Shown here piece after piece: positions 19,097-27,973 of a stretch of DNA of 64,000 bases. The notes under the pieces were generated by a model. That model was not told where the DNA came from, did no database searches, and saw only the letters and a program-made list of their open reading frames with translations. The first letter of the stretch is position 1. Each line of letters starts with the position of its first letter. Position numbers and translations under genes: made by a program. The DNA lies in the NCBI GenBank assembly GCA_965233585.1, contig CBDDTI010000745.1, positions 448,001 through 512,000 on the forward strand, written 5' to 3'. The DNA is from a bacterium (GTDB lineage: Bacteria > SAR324 > NAC60-12).

Positions 19097-21148
19097 ATGA
19101 AAACCCTAAAGATTGCCCTCATCTTTCTCAGTTTCTTTTGTATAAATCTCTCTGCTCAGCCTGCCAAACAAGAGCTAAAACAAGAATATGTTAGGTTCAT
19201 TGTCAAAAGGTTGGTTTCCATTCACTACTCCCGTCAAGCACTTGATGATAAGATGGCAGAACGTATTTTTAGGTTATACCTCCGCCAGATTGACCCAAGA
19301 CGTCATTATTTTTTAAGTGAAGACATCAACTCGTTTAAACCTCAAATTAGAAAGATTGATGATGCTCTCAAACGTGGCGATGTAGAACTGGCTCTTGAGA
19401 TTTTTAGCGTATTTAAAGAACGTTATCAAAGCTACCTCCAGTATGTTCAAACGCTTGCTGAAGAAGAACTAGTATTTGATACAGATTTAAAAATTGAGAT
19501 AGATCGCAGTAAGGCAAACTATCCCGAGACACAAGAAGATGCGCAAGCCTTGTGGCATGCAAAATTTCAGTTTGATATGCTCAATGCAACAAATGGCAAG
19601 CCAAGTATAGAAGAAGCAAAAGAACAGGTTTTGAAAAATGCACGTTCAGTCCAAAAGCATTATGCAGCATATTCTCATAATGAAGTCGTGGCACTCTATC
19701 TCAATGCACTAGCAAATGCGTATGACCCTCATACAACTTATTTACCACCTGTTGAGAAAAAAACTTTTGACATTAATATCCGCTTGTCTCTGGAAGGGAT
19801 TGGTGCAAGTTTACAGTGGGAAGACGGCTATACGATTGTCTCTTCCATCATACCTGGGGGAGCAGCTGAACGTCATGGGAAGCTCAAACCACGAGACCGC
19901 ATTATTGGAGTAGCACAGGCAAATAGACCATTTGAAAGTGTAGTGGATTGGAGAATCAACGATGTCATCAAACTGATTCGTGGCAAAAGAGGCACTACAG
20001 TTCGTTTGAGAGTCTTGCGTCAGGAAAAAGGAGAGGAACAAGTTCACACAATGTCCATCGTACGAGATAAAGTTGTTTTGAAGGCAAGAGAGGCTAAATC
20101 TGTCATTTTGAAGCCTGAGGAATCTGTTGAACAAGACTTTTGGAATATTGAAGTCAAAAATCGGATTGGTCTCATACGGTTGCCATCGTTTTACACAGAC
20201 TTTGAGGGTCGTCAAAAAAACCCTAGCGATTATAAAAGTGCTTATCGCGACGTGCGGAAGATTCTTTTTGATTTCAAAGAGCGAGGTGTAGAAGGTGTGA
20301 TTTTAGATTTACGTAACAATGGAGGAGGTGGACTTGGGGAAGCGATTGACATGGGCGGTTTGTTTTTGGGCAAAAAACCTATTGTTGCTGTCCGAAGTTT
20401 TAACAGCAACATCAGTGTCAAGGTGGCAAGACAAGCAAGGGTTTATGATGGTCCCCTGCTGGTACTACAAAGCCGTGTCAGTGCTTCTGCATCAGAAATT
20501 TTAGCAGGTGCATTGCAAGATTATGGACGCGCCATCATTGTAGGAGATGAGCAGTCTTTTGGCAAAGGCACTGTCCAAAGTATAGACGAATTGCCTGCCA
20601 ATCTAGGTGCATTGAAAATCACCATTGCACAGTTTTACAGAGTATCTGGAGGCTCCACACAAAACAAAGGCGTCGCATCAGACATTGTTTTGCCCTCGTT
20701 CAATGACGTCAACGACATTGGAGAACGCTTTGTGGACTACTCTTTGCCTTGGAAAAGCATCAACCCTGTTCGCTATCAAAACAATTTAGAAATCAAACCA
20801 CACATTGAAAAATTGAGGGCTTCATCTCAAAAACGTGTGAAGAAGTCTGAAGATTTTCAAGACATTGTCAAGGAAATCACAAATTATCAACAAAATGTCA
20901 AATCACGGAAATTCTCTACAATCGGTCAACTTCAAGAAGAATATCAAGAAAGGAAGGAACAAAGAGAAGCGGCACTGAAAAAACAAAGCCAAAACCAAGA
21001 TGAAAATGACACAAGCACAAAACCAGATGAATCCAAGTATCAGCAAAGTTTAGAAAAGTTTGGTTATTTTAACCCTGCAATGCAAGAAAGCATTCTCATT
21101 TTGCAAGATTATATTAGTTTCTTAAAAGACACTAAAAAGTCTCTTTGA
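19097..21148 (+). CDS. prc: Carboxy-terminal processing (tail-specific) protease, S41
   Basis: YDPHTTY, LSLEGIGA, PDZ domain, DLRNNGGG, SASASEI, FGKGTVQ. Confidence 0.94.
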   Translation: MKTLKIALIFLSFFCINLSAQPAKQELKQEYVRFIVKRLVSIHYSRQALDDKMAERIFRLYLRQIDPRRHYFLSEDINSFKPQIRKIDDALKRGDVELALEIFSVFKERYQSYLQYVQTLAEEELVFDTDLKIEIDRSKANYPETQEDAQALWHAKFQFDMLNATNGKPSIEEAKEQVLKNARSVQKHYAAYSHNEVVALYLNALANAYDPHTTYLPPVEKKTFDINIRLSLEGIGASLQWEDGYTIVSSIIPGGAAERHGKLKPRDRIIGVAQANRPFESVVDWRINDVIKLIRGKRGTTVRLRVLRQEKGEEQVHTMSIVRDKVVLKAREAKSVILKPEESVEQDFWNIEVKNRIGLIRLPSFYTDFEGRQKNPSDYKSAYRDVRKILFDFKERGVEGVILDLRNNGGGGLGEAIDMGGLFLGKKPIVAVRSFNSNISVKVARQARVYDGPLLVLQSRVSASASEILAGALQDYGRAIIVGDEQSFGKGTVQSIDELPANLGALKITIAQFYRVSGGSTQNKGVASDIVLPSFNDVNDIGERFVDYSLPWKSINPVRYQNNLEIKPHIEKLRASSQKRVKKSEDFQDIVKEITNYQQNVKSRKFSTIGQLQEEYQERKEQREAALKKQSQNQDENDTSTKPDESKYQQSLEKFGYFNPAMQESILILQDYISFLKDTKKSL

Positions 21149-21226
21149 AAAAAATTTTTGACACTCACTGCATTTTTGTGTTAGAAATTATAGGATTAAA
21201 TTTTTTGATTCTCGCGTGTTAAGAAC

Positions 21227-21850
21227 ATGGAACCCTCATTTATTGCCAAACGCATTCATAGTCTAACAGGAATCGTTCCTATCGGACTATTTCTTGTCTA
21301 TCACCTCTACACACAACTTTACTTGAGTAGTGGAGCAGAAGCCTACAACAATAAAGTCAATAGCTTTTATGACAGCCCTTTGGCATTTTGGTTACTTGCC
21401 ATTTTTGTCTATATCCCTTTGATTTTTCACTCCATTTATGGGGTCAAACTTTGTTTTGAGGCAAAGGTTCAGCCAACATATCAGTACTTTGGTCATTTGC
21501 TCTATTGGCTTCAACGTGCCAGCGGAATTGGTGTGTTTCTGTTCATTCTTGCTCATCTTTGGAATGCGAAGGTTGCCCCAATACTTGCTGATGAATGGGG
21601 AACTCATTATGAACATCTTCACGAAGGTTTTAACGACCCTCAAACAGGATTGATTACCTTATCAGTTTATACGCTTGGAATTTTAGGGGCATGCTTCCAC
21701 TTTGCAAATGGAATCAACACTTTTTGCATGACATGGGGCATCGCAACCACTCCTAAATCTCAAAGCAGGGTGATGAAATTCAGTATCGCGCTTTTTATCA
21801 TTCTTGCTTCAATGGGATTTTATGGCATTGCTTCATTACTGATGCAATGA
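21227..21850 (+). CDS. sdhC: Succinate dehydrogenase cytochrome b558 subunit (single 5-TM anchor, type B)
   Basis: RIHSLTGIVPIG, LQRASG and FHFANG heme-His motifs. Confidence 0.92.
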   Translation: MEPSFIAKRIHSLTGIVPIGLFLVYHLYTQLYLSSGAEAYNNKVNSFYDSPLAFWLLAIFVYIPLIFHSIYGVKLCFEAKVQPTYQYFGHLLYWLQRASGIGVFLFILAHLWNAKVAPILADEWGTHYEHLHEGFNDPQTGLITLSVYTLGILGACFHFANGINTFCMTWGIATTPKSQSRVMKFSIALFIILASMGFYGIASLLMQ

Positions 21851-21982
21851 GGTTTTTGAGTTACTTTGTCCAGATAAGATGAAGACACTTGAAGAAATAA
21901 CAATTATTCTGGTTCTCTAGCTTGATACATTGCTATTATTTTATTCAAAGAAAACAATGCTCATTGAAACAATTATACTACA

Positions 21983-22072
21983 ATGACTAGCTTTTTATGG
22001 ATATTGACCATAGCAATTACTTCCGTTGCGACCATAGGAACTTTGATTGTTTATTTTGACGGCAAAAAATAA
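21983..22072 (+). CDS. Candidate small single-pass membrane protein (29 aa)
   Basis: MTSFLWILTIAITSVATIGTLIVYFDGKK-stop, read directly from the sdhC-sdhA gap. Confidence 0.4.
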   Translation: MTSFLWILTIAITSVATIGTLIVYFDGKK

Positions 22073-22145
22073 AAAAATTCTGAACATTCTTAACGTAGGT
22101 TAGTTTTAGTTTAGGCAAAAAAGACATTATTTAGAATTTAGAACT

Positions 22146-24074
22146 ATGCAAAAAGTCATTGTCATTGGAGGAGGTTTGGCAGGTTTGGCAGCAACCATGA
22201 AAATTGCTGAACAGAAAATGCCTGTCGCCCTTATCTCATTTTTACCCGTCAAACGTTCTCATTCTGTTTGTGCGCAAGGTGGTATTAACGGGGCAGTTAA
22301 CATCAAAGGAGAAGGAGACTCTCCAGACATTCATTTTTACGACACGGTCAAAGGAGGGGATTTTCTTGCACATCAGCCTCTATGTAAAGACATGTGCGCC
22401 CATGGTCCATTCGTGATTAACCTCATGGATCGGCTGGGTGTCCCATTTAACCGTACATCTGAAGGAAATTTAGATTTTAGGCGATTTGGTGGGACGTTAC
22501 ATCATCGCACTGCATTTTCTGGTGCAACAACAGGTCAGCAGTTGCTTTATGCACTTGATGAACAAGTACGTAAATATGAAGATGAAGGTTTGGTTGAAAA
22601 GATGGAATGGCACGAATATCTTGGAGCAGTCTTAGATGATTCAGGGGTTTGCGTCGGTGCCGTCGTTCATAACTTGCGGACGTCAACCATCACAACATTG
22701 CGAGGTGCTGCTGTGATTCTTGCAACAGGTGGTCCGGGTTTGGTTTATGGTCGTTCTACCAATTCGGCAGTCTGCACAGGGACGGCAGTCACTTCAGCCT
22801 ATCTACAAGGTGCAAAATATGGCAACGGTGAGTTTATCCAGATTCACCCTTCTGCAATACCGGGACAAGATAAACTACGTCTGATGAGTGAGTCTGCAAG
22901 AGGTGAAGGCGGAAGAGTTTGGGTGCCAAGAAAAGCGGGGGATTCAAGACCACCCAAACAAATACCAGAAGAGGAAAGATTTTATTTTCTTGAAGAACGT
23001 TATCCTTTGTTTGGAAATCTTGTGCCGCGCGACGTGGGATCAAGAGAAATTTATGATGTGTGCGTCAATTCAGGTTTAGGCGTCGGGGGAGAAAACAAAG
23101 TTTATTTAGATTTGACCCATCACTCAAGAGAGTTTTTAGATAGAAGACTGGGAGGAATTTTGGAAATTTATCAAAAATTCACTGGTAGCGACCCCCGTGA
23201 GCAACCAATGGAAATTTTTCCTGCTGTGCATTATTCAATGGGAGGAATTTGGACAGACTACCAACGTACTGAAGATGGTTTCATTGACCATTCTTCACCA
23301 CGTAACCAGATGACTTCTATTGAGGGACTTTATGCCGCAGGTGAAGCGGATTATCAGTACCACGGAGCCAATCGTTTAGGTGCAAACTCTCTCTTGAGTT
23401 GCATTTATACAGGTCTGATGATGGGGCCGGGCGTTGTGAATTATGTTAAAAGTTGTTCAAAGGCGGTAGATGATTTAAGTTCCAATGTTTACGATTCATA
23501 CGAAAAGTTATGGCAAGGTCATTTTGATTCTATCAAACAGATGAAGGGCAAAGAAAATCCTTATGCACTCCATGAAGAGCTTGGAAATTTGATGATCAAT
23601 AACGTCTTGATTGTCAGGGACAATGCAAAACTAAAGAAAACATTAGATTTAATTGAAGAAATAGAAAAACGTTGGCACGATATAGAATGTGTTGACACTC
23701 AAACTTGGAGCAATCCCACGCCAAGCTATGTCAACCAACTTTACAATATGATTCATCTTTCTAAGATCATTGCTAAAGGAGCATTGATGCGTGATGAATT
23801 TAGAGGTTCTCACTACAAACCAGATTTTGATTTGCAACAGCCTAAAGATTTCAAACCCGATTCTTATTTAGAGTATCTGAAGCTAAAAACAGAGAACATT
23901 GCCCTTGATGATAAATTCAAACCTGAACATTTAGAATACATGAGACGATTTGAAGCAAATAATGACCAGTGGCTTAAATCAACCATTGCATCTTATCAAG
24001 ACAACCAACCAAAAATCACTTATGAGGAAGTAGATACGTCTCTTATTACACCACGTCCTAGAAAATATGATTGA
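22146..24074 (+). CDS. sdhA: Succinate dehydrogenase flavoprotein subunit
   Basis: GGGLAG, RSHSVCAQGGIN, HYSMGG, HGANRLGANSL. Confidence 0.97.
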   Translation: MQKVIVIGGGLAGLAATMKIAEQKMPVALISFLPVKRSHSVCAQGGINGAVNIKGEGDSPDIHFYDTVKGGDFLAHQPLCKDMCAHGPFVINLMDRLGVPFNRTSEGNLDFRRFGGTLHHRTAFSGATTGQQLLYALDEQVRKYEDEGLVEKMEWHEYLGAVLDDSGVCVGAVVHNLRTSTITTLRGAAVILATGGPGLVYGRSTNSAVCTGTAVTSAYLQGAKYGNGEFIQIHPSAIPGQDKLRLMSESARGEGGRVWVPRKAGDSRPPKQIPEEERFYFLEERYPLFGNLVPRDVGSREIYDVCVNSGLGVGGENKVYLDLTHHSREFLDRRLGGILEIYQKFTGSDPREQPMEIFPAVHYSMGGIWTDYQRTEDGFIDHSSPRNQMTSIEGLYAAGEADYQYHGANRLGANSLLSCIYTGLMMGPGVVNYVKSCSKAVDDLSSNVYDSYEKLWQGHFDSIKQMKGKENPYALHEELGNLMINNVLIVRDNAKLKKTLDLIEEIEKRWHDIECVDTQTWSNPTPSYVNQLYNMIHLSKIIAKGALMRDEFRGSHYKPDFDLQQPKDFKPDSYLEYLKLKTENIALDDKFKPEHLEYMRRFEANNDQWLKSTIASYQDNQPKITYEEVDTSLITPRPRKYD

Positions 24075-24098
24075 TTCAACTTAACAACGAGTATTCCT

Positions 24099-24851
24099 AT
24101 GTCCCAAAAGAAAATCACCATTCAGGTTCAACGACAAGACAAACAAGATGCTGTAGCTTATTGGGAAACGTTTGAGCTACCGTATCGTCCAAACTCCAAT
24201 GTCATCTCCTGTCTTATGGAAATTCGCAAAAACCCTCAAACAAAAGAAGGAAAAAAAGTGTCTCCTATAGTTTGGGAGTGTAATTGCTTAGAGGAGGTTT
24301 GTGGTTCTTGCACAATGGTCATCAATGGTCAGGTTCGGCAGTCGTGTAGTAGTCTCATTGATCGTTTAGAACAGCCCATCAAACTACAACCCATGAGCAA
24401 ATTTCCTGTCATCAGAGATTTGGTGGTAGATCGTTCACGAATGTTTGCAAATTTGAAGAAAGTCAAGGCATGGGTGCCTGTTGATGGATACCATGATCTT
24501 GGAAAGGGGACAAATATTCACGAAAAGCAACAACAAATCGCATATCATCTGTCTGAATGTATGACATGCGGTTGTTGTATGGAAGCATGCCCTCAATTTA
24601 CACGAGATAATTCATTTGTTGGTGCTGCTGCTATCAGTCAGGTTCGTCTTTTTAACATGAATCCAACAGGTTCAGGTTTAAAGGAAGAACGACTTAATGT
24701 TCTGATGCAAGATGGTGGAATTGCTGACTGTGGCAATGCTCAGAACTGTGTTAAAGTCTGCCCTAAATCTATTCCTCTGACAGAATCCATTGCAGAGATT
24801 GGTAAACAAGTCTCCTTTCAATTCATCAAAAATATTTTTCAAGCTCGCTAA
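24099..24851 (+). CDS. sdhB: Succinate dehydrogenase iron-sulfur subunit
   Basis: CLEEVCGSC, CMTCGCCMEACP, CGNAQNCVKVCP. Confidence 0.97.
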   Translation: MSQKKITIQVQRQDKQDAVAYWETFELPYRPNSNVISCLMEIRKNPQTKEGKKVSPIVWECNCLEEVCGSCTMVINGQVRQSCSSLIDRLEQPIKLQPMSKFPVIRDLVVDRSRMFANLKKVKAWVPVDGYHDLGKGTNIHEKQQQIAYHLSECMTCGCCMEACPQFTRDNSFVGAAAISQVRLFNMNPTGSGLKEERLNVLMQDGGIADCGNAQNCVKVCPKSIPLTESIAEIGKQVSFQFIKNIFQAR

Positions 24852-24884
24852 TCGTCCTAACTTTTGATTTTTTAAGATTCAACC

Positions 24885-24920
24885 GCTCAAATTCTAACTC
24901 AAGGTTTGAGCTTGTTTTTT
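24885..24920 (+). terminator. Putative intrinsic terminator after sdhB
   Basis: GCTCAAA...TTTGAGC stem followed by TTGTTTTTT. Confidence 0.55.
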
Positions 24921-25023
24921 AAAAATCCATTCCTGCATCATTTTTTCATGACGAAGTTATGACTAGATTTAATCTTCAAAAGGACATACAATAGCACACT
25001 TGTAACTTTATAGAGTAAAAACA

Positions 25024-25509
25024 GTGTTCGGTAAAACCAAAAATACTTCCACCCCAAAGGGAACAACCTACATTGGAATAGGAATGAAAGTGGAGGGCAC
25101 AGTCCGCAGTTCTGGCACCATTCGCATTGATGGTGAAGTCATCGGAGATGTAGAGTGCCAAGATGAGGTGATGATTGGTTCTCAAGGAATCATCACAGCA
25201 ACAATCCGCGCAGCAAAAATCGTTGTTAATGGCAAAGTAGAAGGGAATCTTTTTGCAAATGATTATGTAGAAGCACTCAATGGTGCCTTCATCAATGGAA
25301 ATGTCACAGCGCCACCGGGTAAGTTACGTATCCACGAAGGAGCAGTGATTCAAGGACAGTCTATTCCTGATGAATCTCTGAGAAACCAATCACCACCTTC
25401 TTTTGCCGGGAAAGAGACAAAACAAGGAACACCAAACAAGACAAGTCAGACGTCTGAAAAGGCAAAAGAGATAGAAGATCCCCTAAAGAAGTCCAAAAAA
25501 ATAGATTAA
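25024..25509 (+). CDS. Bactofilin (polymer-forming cytoskeletal protein)
   Basis: TYIGIGMKVEG...IRIDGEVIG...IVVNGKVEGN beta-helix repeats. Confidence 0.92.
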   Translation: MFGKTKNTSTPKGTTYIGIGMKVEGTVRSSGTIRIDGEVIGDVECQDEVMIGSQGIITATIRAAKIVVNGKVEGNLFANDYVEALNGAFINGNVTAPPGKLRIHEGAVIQGQSIPDESLRNQSPPSFAGKETKQGTPNKTSQTSEKAKEIEDPLKKSKKID

Positions 25510-25533
25510 TTTCTCTATCCCCCCGCTCTGTCA

Positions 25534-26394
25534 TTACATCAAATCCAAGCTGCGTGAAAATCCTGCTTGTTTAGGAAACAGCGAATGACTAAATTGAAAG
25601 CGAGTGGGAGCTTTCACTGGGATTTGTAGTGTTGGGACAATCAGAGGCAATGCCTTCCTCTTCAGCATCATCTTTGCGTCATTGCAGATTTTAGATTCTC
25701 CATCAATTTGTAGCCGAAAGCTTTCTTTTGTAGGCTGAATGATCATACAATCCTTGTCATTCAGTTGTAACTCTGAGGAAAATCCATATCTAAATTCTAG
25801 CCGACTCTTTCTCATTTCATCTATGTTCACGTACAGAGAATGAATAGATGAGGAATGTAACTTTGCAGTAAAATTTTGACCATGCAAAATCATAGACCGC
25901 TTATGATTTTCAAGATGTTCATCAACTTTCTGTGAAGAATTGAAAAACTTTGACCCTGCTGAACACTTACTCCAAAAATAATTGACCTCCCCATCAACGA
26001 TGACTTGACCGAAGTCAAATGTAAAAACTTGTTCTTGATTGAAGATGTCAGAGGCATATTTCAGTTGTCCACTAAGTAAACAAAGCCAAGCACTTTCTAA
26101 TTTGGAAACAGACCATGCTCCTAACTTCAGCTCCTGCCTTGACGATTCAGTTAACTGTAAGACTTCTTTCGCAACTCTCAAGACCATTTCTGGGGTTGAA
26201 AGAACCACAATTTTCTTGAAACCATTTTGAAAGACTTGATGAAACGCATGTTGAAGACTTGACGTATCTGAAGCAAAAAAGGATTCCCAATATGCCCCAT
26301 TGGCTTTGAGAATCGGAGACATTTTTTTCCACAATGCAGACATTTGTGCCAAATTCAGATCATCTAAAATCAGACAGCCAGCTGTGGGTTTCAT
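25534..26394 (-). CDS. Hypothetical protein, possibly a degenerate diacylglycerol-kinase-like fold
   Basis: Long ORF with FDFGQV and LQIDGE reminiscent of the DAGK C-terminal region. No GGDG motif. Confidence 0.45.
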   Translation of the reverse strand: MKPTAGCLILDDLNLAQMSALWKKMSPILKANGAYWESFFASDTSSLQHAFHQVFQNGFKKIVVLSTPEMVLRVAKEVLQLTESSRQELKLGAWSVSKLESAWLCLLSGQLKYASDIFNQEQVFTFDFGQVIVDGEVNYFWSKCSAGSKFFNSSQKVDEHLENHKRSMILHGQNFTAKLHSSSIHSLYVNIDEMRKSRLEFRYGFSSELQLNDKDCMIIQPTKESFRLQIDGESKICNDAKMMLKRKALPLIVPTLQIPVKAPTRFQFSHSLFPKQAGFSRSLDLM

Positions 26395-26403
26395 TTGTTT
26401 GGT

Positions 26404-26973
26404 CTATTTGGGTAAATTTGACAAAAGTGCATCAACTTGACTAGTCAGATGCTGAACAGATTGTCTATTGTCTATGATATGAGTTGCAAAACGTTGTCGT
26501 TCTTCAAATGTTGATTGCGAGTGAATCCTTTGCAAAACCTCTGTTTCTGTCCACTGATTGCGTCGCTTGATTCTCAAAATCACTTGCTCAACCGAGGCGT
26601 CAACAAGCCAAACTTCTTGGCATTTGTGATGCCAGCCTGCCTCAACCAACAATGCCGCTTCCAAAAAACACAAACGACTTTCACTAACTTGTTGCTCAAT
26701 ACGTTTTCCGATATAAAACCAGCAAATCCTATTGAGTTTTTGTAGTTCATCGGGATTAGAAAAAACGACAGATGCTAACTTTTGACGATCAATCACTTGA
26801 TCTTGAGACAAAATTTTCTCACCAAATTGTGTTAGAACTTCGTCAAAGGCTTCTTCTTGCAAAACTAAATGCCCTAACTTGTCAGCATCAATCACAATAT
26901 AACCCTTAGATTTCAAATAGTGGGAAATGGTACTTTTACCAGACCCAATGCCCCCTGTGATTCCAATTAACAA
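26404..26973 (-). CDS. coaE: Dephospho-CoA kinase
   Basis: IGITGGIGSGKS, IDADKLGH, IDRQKLASVVF. Confidence 0.95.
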   Translation of the reverse strand: MLIGITGGIGSGKSTISHYLKSKGYIVIDADKLGHLVLQEEAFDEVLTQFGEKILSQDQVIDRQKLASVVFSNPDELQKLNRICWFYIGKRIEQQVSESRLCFLEAALLVEAGWHHKCQEVWLVDASVEQVILRIKRRNQWTETEVLQRIHSQSTFEERQRFATHIIDNRQSVQHLTSQVDALLSNLPK

Positions 26974-26987
26974 TTTTTCCTATTTTC

Positions 26988-27866
26988 CTACTTTTTAGAT
27001 TTTTCAAGAAACTTTGCATCAAATTTTGGTTCAACCACACCTGCAACATCAAGTTTGATAGAAAAAATGCTCCCATTCATTGGATTGTCAAACCGCTCTT
27101 GCTGAGTCAATTTATGGCATGCAGTCGTCACATAAAGCGTCTTCAAGTCGGCTCCTCCAAAGGCAATCATGGTACAGTTTTTTGCAGGAATCACGATTTC
27201 ACGGTCTATCACTCCTTCAGGAGAGATGCGAACAATTTTGGAAGAACCAAAAAGTGCTGACCAATAGTATCCTTCAGCATCAACACATGCCCCATCAGGT
27301 TTTTCATTTTCAAACTGATAAAACACACGCCCACAAGAAAGCGATCGTCCATCATAGTCAAAGCAATAAATGGTACAATTCCGAGAGTCAGAATAGTAAA
27401 GAACTTTTTGGTCTAAGCTAAATGCTAATCCATTGCTTGTTGTCACATTGCCAGTTTGGTAAATGATTTTGCCTTCAGAAGACAGCTTGTAAAGATGTCC
27501 ATCTCCTGCATTAGAACTCATGCTACCAACCCAAAAATTACCTAAACTATCACAACGTCCGTCATTCAACCTGTTATTCGGTTTATCAGGTTCAGGATTA
27601 CCCAAAAAGACAAAATCTTCACTTGTGAAACTTTTGAGAAAATACAAACCACTTTGAAACGCAAGAATGAACCCTCCTTGTCTGCAAAGTGAAACACAAG
27701 CCACCACCTCTTCAAATTGACGCACCTGATGCCTTTGAGTCTCAGGACAAAAGCAATGAAGCTCACATTTGAGAATATCTACCCAATACAAAAGCTGATT
27801 GACCTCGTCCCATCTTGGACATTCTGCAAGCTCCGATTGCGTATCAATAACCACTTCCAAAGTCAT
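26988..27866 (-). CDS. SMP-30/gluconolactonase/LRE family protein
   Basis: LAECPRWD, NRLNDG, SNGLAFS, PDGACVD. Confidence 0.93.
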   Translation of the reverse strand: MTLEVVIDTQSELAECPRWDEVNQLLYWVDILKCELHCFCPETQRHQVRQFEEVVACVSLCRQGGFILAFQSGLYFLKSFTSEDFVFLGNPEPDKPNNRLNDGRCDSLGNFWVGSMSSNAGDGHLYKLSSEGKIIYQTGNVTTSNGLAFSLDQKVLYYSDSRNCTIYCFDYDGRSLSCGRVFYQFENEKPDGACVDAEGYYWSALFGSSKIVRISPEGVIDREIVIPAKNCTMIAFGGADLKTLYVTTACHKLTQQERFDNPMNGSIFSIKLDVAGVVEPKFDAKFLEKSKK

Positions 27867-27973
27867 TTGACTCCATGCAAACCATGAAGATCTTGAATGT
27901 CCATTTCAATCATATCAAATGAAGAGAGACCCACTAGCGTTAGTCAAATGTATTGTGAAGGAGGGATTCAAAA

